From positions 30,001 to 62,000 of the forward strand of contig CAZIYE010000001.1 in the NCBI GenBank assembly GCA_964543385.1: 32,000 bases of DNA. The letters run 5' to 3'. The notes below the pieces were generated by a model that had not been told where the DNA came from, ran no database searches, and was given only the letters and a program-made list of their open reading frames with translations. The number at the start of each line of letters is the position of its first letter. The first letter of the stretch is position 1. The DNA comes from an uncultured Candidatus Saccharibacteria bacterium. Lineage in GTDB: Bacteria; Patescibacteriota; UBA1384; XYA2-FULL-43-10; 1-14-0-10-43-13. Made by a program: the position numbers and the translations under genes. Below are positions 28,401 through 32,000 of the stretch, in pieces.

Positions 28401-29823
28401 TGCCCTGTGTGCCAAAAGTCGTCCAACCTGTGCCATCTATCTTGGTCTTAACGATACGATGATTGTAAGTGTCAGCGATAAATATATAATCACTCGCTTT
28501 ATCGTAAGCGATTGAACCAGCAGCGTAAAACATACCATCACCCCAGCCTGCTGTACCATATGTTGCCCAACCGGTACCACCCATCTGGGTTTTAACAATG
28601 CGGCTATTGCCATAATCAGCAATATAAAGGAAGCCAGTAGAAGAATCAAACTTTAGAGTACATGGATAAGAAAATTTACCTACACCAGAACCGTTACTAC
28701 CATATGTTGTCCAGCCCGTGCCGTCCATTTGAGTTTTAACTATACGATGATTACTGTAATCTGCGACAAAAACAGATCCGTCCAGAGAGTTATAGTAGAT
28801 ATCAGTCGGATAACTAAAGTTACCTATGCCAGCGCCCTCACTTCCGTAAGTCGTCCAACCTGTACCATCTATTTTAGTTTTAATGATCCGGTGAAGGCTA
28901 TAATCTGTATAATATATAAAATCGTTTTGACGGTCATAATTTATCCCATAGGCATTAGCCCTATAGGGATTATCAAGAGCAGATGAGCCAAGAACTGTCC
29001 AGCCTGTGCCATCAAATTTAGTTTTAACGATACGATAGTTGCTTGTATCAGCAATATAGAAAAAACCTGTTGTTGAGTCATAGTCGAAAGTTGATGGACT
29101 AGAAAATTTACCGATACCTGATGATCCTCCAACCCCAAATGTCGCCCAACCCGTACCATCCATCTTAGTTTTAACGATACGGTTATTGGATCTATCTGCA
29201 ACATAAACAAAATCTTCAACGGAATCATAATAAATACTGGTTGGATAGTAAAATTGGCCTTTTCCGCTACCAACGCTGCCAAGAACGGTCCAACCTGTAC
29301 CATCCATCTTAGTCCTAACTATACGATGATTATAGTAGTCAGCAGTATAAACAAAATCAGAAGCTACGTCATAGTAAATGCCCCTGTTATAATACAACTT
29401 ACCAACAGAATTATCTGTGCCATTAAAGTTATATGGCATTTTAAAATCCATTTCGATATCACCAACAGAGGTATCAAGATTATTAGCAAGCCTGTATTTA
29501 AGCGATTGACCGAAAGATACGTTGGCTGCACTACCGGAACCATCAACACCAGGAGAAGTTAACTCAGCTGGTTGCGAATCAAAATAAGCTGCATTATCAC
29601 CAACAGAATAACTACCATTAAGCGAGGCATCAAAATTAGAATAAAAAGCATCAGCGGCTCCAACATACTGAAATGCCATGCTATAGATTGAGATTATTAT
29701 TGCTAAGACGCATATTGTTAAAACTGAGAACCTAGACGTTCTATTCGTATATTTAACATTCTTAAAAAAATCTTTTTTTCGAAAGATTTTAGTATTTGAA
29801 AATGAAGAAAAAAACTTGAACAT
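25432..29823 (-). CDS. Giant secreted/surface protein: NHL-type propeller repeats, LamG-like and Fn3-like domains
   Basis: 1463 aa; N-terminal hydrophobic segment VLTICVLAIIISIYSMAFQYVG; about 11 repeats of (S)NHRIVKTKMDGTGWTTYGS-G-GIGQF--P--I-YD----FIYVADY; C-terminal Fn3-like repeats. Confidence 0.85.
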   Translation of the reverse strand: MFKFFSSFSNTKIFRKKDFFKNVKYTNRTSRFSVLTICVLAIIISIYSMAFQYVGAADAFYSNFDASLNGSYSVGDNAAYFDSQPAELTSPGVDGSGSAANVSFGQSLKYRLANNLDTSVGDIEMDFKMPYNFNGTDNSVGKLYYNRGIYYDVASDFVYTADYYNHRIVRTKMDGTGWTVLGSVGSGKGQFYYPTSIYYDSVEDFVYVADRSNNRIVKTKMDGTGWATFGVGGSSGIGKFSSPSTFDYDSTTGFFYIADTSNYRIVKTKFDGTGWTVLGSSALDNPYRANAYGINYDRQNDFIYYTDYSLHRIIKTKIDGTGWTTYGSEGAGIGNFSYPTDIYYNSLDGSVFVADYSNHRIVKTQMDGTGWTTYGSNGSGVGKFSYPCTLKFDSSTGFLYIADYGNSRIVKTQMGGTGWATYGTAGWGDGMFYAAGSIAYDKASDYIFIADTYNHRIVKTKIDGTGWTTFGTQGNGVNQFLYPQSISYDSTTDLLYIVDRGNSRIVKTKMDGTGWTTYGSSGTGIGRFNNPYDIQYDQASEFVYVADYSNHRIVKTKMDGTGWTTYGSYGTGVGQFKGVMGINYDNTSGYIYATDYSNHRIVKTKMDGTGWTTYGSYGSGIGQFYYPSGIQFDKATGDIYIADNSNARIVKTKIDGSDWTTFGTSSVPFLAPGRLSTARDVVYDETSGDMYIVDYQGSGRIIKSKWDLSDWTPFDGSQKRTLFTTSGSNPMTVELVPNRNQIRFTISAGATPYVLHTPSLSLNAGDWHKIKVSYNNSSGEVKILIDGNEIANKTFAPWSNLTNLGYYFYVGSNPIMPSYSINQPIDNFRLYTNHSDTVPPENPSSVVVSNDSQDLISGNWYNDSQLSFSWLPSNDIDSEGNLVCQDVVVDGQIVGSECSRSNNMSGVDGYLIYFGTDQSGDPLFANNYTATTSFVYNGTLVNDQTYYFRLRTRDLARNYSEAVTLFEYKYDNNAPNKIEYVNIDKPGCQIAKTFTLTWPESSDTQEGQPKPVVGYDYKLGAQGEISFTEQTTATITPYQDGDNVFYVRSKDQVGNVSDWQTLVFCTTDAASILTGPTVKGEPTSLEVSWVSSKQTTSYVKLDDGTQQGKNELTQVHVVSLIGLEPQRQYKYKLVWKDASNNDGESEWFSTTTMQARVIKNPTVTATSPFTATIDFEISDLATVTLKYGVGNYEMIKTVNGQATKFSERLVNLTPGTNYQLIIEARSSDNQPYYTSLTFTTLPYPKISGIEFDYLKEVQAAVRTVWETNLDTTSIVRYRIKGSEEWQIKSDAELKKAHDLVLNDLEDNINYEIQIEGMDGSGNKCTSDVQDYSTPFDTRAPKITNFSHEVKSGTSENTKSELVVSWETDEPSSSQVEYSDGISGADYNYKTKEDNELVKSHIVVITGLDPSRIYHLRAVSEDASDNIVYGDDTTIITNSPQQSVVSIIVNSLQKTFGWMFGFLK
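27690..29395 (-). repeat. Tandem coding repeats, about 48-50 codons per unit, in the surface protein
   Basis: Repeated RIV(K/R)TKxDGTGW(T/A)TxG blocks; DNA phrases 'gttgtccagcctgtaccatccattttggtcttaacgatacga' recur almost verbatim. Confidence 0.9.
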
Positions 29824-29982
29824 ACCCTCCAGAAAATAAAACTATATTATATTCAGTATAATAATACAGAATATATTATTAAAAAACAAATCATTGAAGT
29901 TTTTATTGGGTTTTAAAATATCCTGTATTTCTTCTTACCCTGCCAAGCTCCACAACTAATATGGCACAGACAGACCGGCTGA

Positions 29983-30504
29983 ACTATTAAAGTTGGGTTT
30001 GCAATAATTATTATCCACCATAATGAATTCGCCAATACTGGTTTTACGACGATAAATGGGGACATCGGAACCTACCCGACTCTGTCCGAGACTGGATTTG
30101 ACTCTGTAACTCTGACCGGAACAAACAATGTGGGCAATGGCGTGACTCAGAGCGCCAAAGCAGATCTAATTACCGGGTACAATGCCGCTATTGCCAAGAC
30201 ACCCGTCACAACAGTAGCCACCGAGCTTGGTGGCACAACAAAGATTGCCGGGGTTTACGGCTCGGCATCAGGCACCTTTGGCATAACCGGCACCTTGATC
30301 CTTGATGCCCAAAACGATCCGGATTCATTATTTATTTTTAAAGCAGATTCAACATTGATCGCAGATGCTGATACAACAGATGTATTTAATTCGCATGACG
30401 GCAAAGTTCATCTCAATCTCATCACTTGCGGCGGGGCTTGGAATGAAGTTGCCAAAAGCCACTTCAAACGAATTGTGATATTTACTGATCAAGTTTTAGA
30501 CTAG
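29983..30504 (+). pseudogene. Remnant: DUF3494 (ice-binding-like) part fused in frame to a sortase C-terminus
   Basis: Open frame: ...EFANTGFTTINGDIGTYPTLSETGFDS...AKADLITGYNAAIAKTPVTTVATELGGTTKIAGVYGSASGTFGITGTLILDAQNDPDSLFIFKADSTLI | ...TDVFNSHDGKVHLNLITCGGAWNEVAKSHFKRIVIFTD*. Confidence 0.7.
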
Positions 30505-30590
30505 CCTACTCGCTTTATCTTTAATAATTAGTTTTGTGTTGTTGGATATTTATTGAACATATATTTCTTAATGCGAATCTACTGTTGTCC

Positions 30591-30802
30591 ATTAAAATAT
30601 ATCTTTTAGCCATAGTTATGTCGGTTGATGGCAAAACCACAAAATGGAATGAGTCAGATATACAATCATGGAGTTCCAAAAAGGACCAAGGATTTTTGGG
30701 CTTGGTAAAAATTTGTTAGAGAATATAAAACTTAATCTTATAAAGATTTTTGAACTCAATAAACAGGGAACTTTACTGTCAAAATATAGTATTGATAAAT
30801 GA
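30591..30802 (+). pseudogene. Internally deleted RibD_C/dihydrofolate-reductase-like gene
   Basis: Frame A (30591..): (I)KIYLLAIVMSVDGKTTKWNESDIQSWSSKKDQ; frame B (30692..30802): IFGLGKNLLENIKLNLIKIFELNKQGTLLSKYSIDK*. The middle is missing and the frame is shifted. Confidence 0.7.
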
Positions 30803-30824
30803 GCGAGGGGGGGGGATCGAACGG

Positions 30825-31118
30825 CTAAGCCGGACGACCCCGCGGGCGAGGATAAGTGAGATCGCGCAAGTTAGGCGGTAGCCTATCAACAACTTCGCTA
30901 GAAGTCTTGATCAGCTCTTCAGCCCGATGGACAGCATCGCGAAAGACTGCTTCATCGAATGACTTGTACTTACTTAGAAGTAAGTAACATCCGAAATCAT
31001 CAGTCGATTCAGTCAGTAGCCAGTTGCGCAGTAGATGCGCAATGTACTTCGCTCGCAGAGTCTGTTGACTCTGGTAAAAACGAAGGAATGTTATTACTGC
31101 CCCCTCATGCGCTGTCAT
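30825..31118 (-). CDS. Small hypothetical protein (second gene of a two-gene cassette)
   Basis: 97 aa if started at ATG 31118 (SD AAGGAG upstream); the tracked ORF begins at 31208. MTAHEGAVITFLRFYQSQQTLRAKYIAHLLRNWLL... Confidence 0.55.
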   Translation of the reverse strand: MTAHEGAVITFLRFYQSQQTLRAKYIAHLLRNWLLTESTDDFGCYLLLSKYKSFDEAVFRDAVHRAEELIKTSSEVVDRLPPNLRDLTYPRPRGRPA

Positions 31119-31275
31119 ATCGCTCGATCTCCTTATGCCAGATAACACAGATGCCGACGAATCCGACGGCAATAGCGATGTTGAACGCCCATTCTGGTGC
31201 TTTAGCATCTGCGCAGATCAACAGCGCTGCGAATGCTATCAATAGAATGGCGATCGTTGCGAGTATTTTGAACAT
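31105..31275 (-). CDS. Small membrane protein (first gene of a two-gene cassette)
   Basis: 56 aa from ATG 31275 with SD GGAGG; MFKILATIAILLIAFAALLICADAKAPEWAFNIAIAVGFVGICVIWHKEIERYDSA, two hydrophobic segments. The tracked ORF extends spuriously to 31656. Confidence 0.6.
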   Translation of the reverse strand: MFKILATIAILLIAFAALLICADAKAPEWAFNIAIAVGFVGICVIWHKEIERYDSA

Positions 31276-31423
31276 TTTCTCGCACCTCCATATTTTGATT
31301 ATATCATAATTAGTTATTTTTGTCCATAAAAACCTTGTATTGACTAAAAACATTAGTAGTAGTATAATATGTAATAAGAATAGACCCCCGTCTTTTCTAG
31401 AAACCCCATTGGAGGCAACCCCC

Positions 31424-31630
31424 ATGGAAAAAGTGCGCACTAACAGCACAACATCACAGTCTGGGACGCCAACCGTCCCTAAGACGCACAAAAGACAGAC
31501 GTTATCGTCGGGACTAAACGTCGAGGCAGTTTTCGCTATGCTGCACAAGCAGAATAGCGTCACGCCTGATGTCTGTCTCAGCCGGCGCTCCGGCACCCCC
31601 AGCAGCTTAATTGTTAGCCGCCTGAGGTAA
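31424..31630 (+). CDS. Small orphan protein, Ser/Thr rich
   Basis: 68 aa from ATG 31424 with GGAGG SD; MEKVRTNSTTSQSGTPTVPKTHKRQ...; GC-rich hairpin downstream. The tracked ORF from 31340 is over-extended. Confidence 0.5.
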   Translation: MEKVRTNSTTSQSGTPTVPKTHKRQTLSSGLNVEAVFAMLHKQNSVTPDVCLSRRSGTPSSLIVSRLR

Positions 31631-31639
31631 AAACGCCGT

Positions 31640-31676
31640 TCCGGTTGCCTGACCATGTGTCAGGCAACCGGAACAT
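31640..31676. terminator. Very strong hairpin between the small ORF (+) and the elp3-like gene (-)
   Basis: Perfect 16-bp stem GTTCCGGTTGCCTGAC / GTCAGGCAACCGGAAC, loop CATGT. The U tract is better on the minus-strand side (GGCGTTTTTA). Confidence 0.75.
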
Positions 31677-31679
31677 CCC

Positions 31680-32000
31680 TTAAAGATTTTTTATCATATA
31701 AGTATCTTTTTCTATATATCCAATATTTCTGAAGTATCCCCTGACACCAACTCCAGCAATAACAGCAATTTTATCCAATAAATACTCATTCTTTGTTATC
31801 TTTTCAGCCTCTGATACCAATATTCTGCCAAAACCTTGATGCTGAGCAGCCTGACCACTTTTTTGTCCAATTCTCACTTGCGGACCATAAGTATGAATTT
31901 CACGAATTAGGGCACTATCCTCCAACGCTTTTATGAAGTGTTTTTTCTTTGAATTATATTGAGAGACGATTCTCAACCTAAGCATGCTATATAGTTGAGA
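31680..32000 (-). CDS. Elp3-like protein, C-terminal GNAT-type region (partial, runs off window)
   Basis: ALIREIHTYGPQVRIG...AAQHQGFGRILVSEAEKIT...KIAVIAGVGVRGYFRNIGYIEKDTYMIKNL matches the Elp3 C-terminal pattern. The frame stays open upstream of the M at 31985 to the window edge. Confidence 0.8.
   Translation of the reverse strand, partial: SQLYSMLRLRIVSQYNSKKKHFIKALEDSALIREIHTYGPQVRIGQKSGQAAQHQGFGRILVSEAEKITKNEYLLDKIAVIAGVGVRGYFRNIGYIEKDTYMIKNL

Noticed and set aside
27690-29395. Regular near-identical DNA repeats that might suggest a CRISPR or satellite array
   Set aside because: Repeats encode an open reading frame with a conserved propeller motif per unit of about 48-50 codons. Spacing and identity are explained by protein repeats; there are no short palindromic repeats with unique spacers.
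27955-29562. Plus-strand ORFs within the surface protein gene (27955..28344, 28729..28986, 29254..29562)
   Set aside because: They are antisense to a long, well-formed minus-strand gene and their internal similarity only mirrors the repeats.
30130-30504. Treating the 124-aa ORF as a simple intact hypothetical protein
   Set aside because: It joins the tail of one known domain type to the tail of another, each incomplete, and the upstream part appears frameshifted.
31105-31656. Full 183-aa minus-strand ORF as listed
   Set aside because: Its upstream half is antisense to the cassette 3 region and lacks an SD; the ATG at 31275 has a clear GGAGG site and begins a typical membrane peptide.

Overview
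The window looks like part of a low-GC, gene-dense Patescibacteria/CPR chromosome, possibly Saccharibacteria-like. This is inferred from gene order and protein style; no database search was run. The left 20 kb is mostly housekeeping: adk tail, map, infA, rpmJ (not in the ORF track), rpsM, rpsK, rpsD, rpoA, rplQ, rplM, rpsI, rbfA, a membrane protein, short pheS, pheT, short aspS, typA, rluB-like, a D-Ala-D-Ala carboxypeptidase, rnc, nusB, rpmF, leuS and tRNA-Ala(GGC). The right 12 kb is accessory: (a) a single 1050-aa protein with a restriction-nuclease-like N-terminus next to the tRNA, a candidate uncharacterised defence gene; (b) a compact same-strand cluster of a 1463-aa propeller/LamG/Fn3-like surface protein, an ABC ATPase, a MacB/FtsX-like permease and a CYTH-like protein; (c) two adjacent gene wrecks, each with a large internal deletion (DUF3494-sortase and a RibD_C/DHFR-like gene); (d) the C-terminal end of an Elp3-like gene. 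The strongest protein-level oddity is a complete Nudix domain inserted in the LeuRS editing region. Several small orphan ORFs with strong Shine-Dalgarno sites and GC-rich hairpins sit in intergenic spaces and look compositionally foreign.
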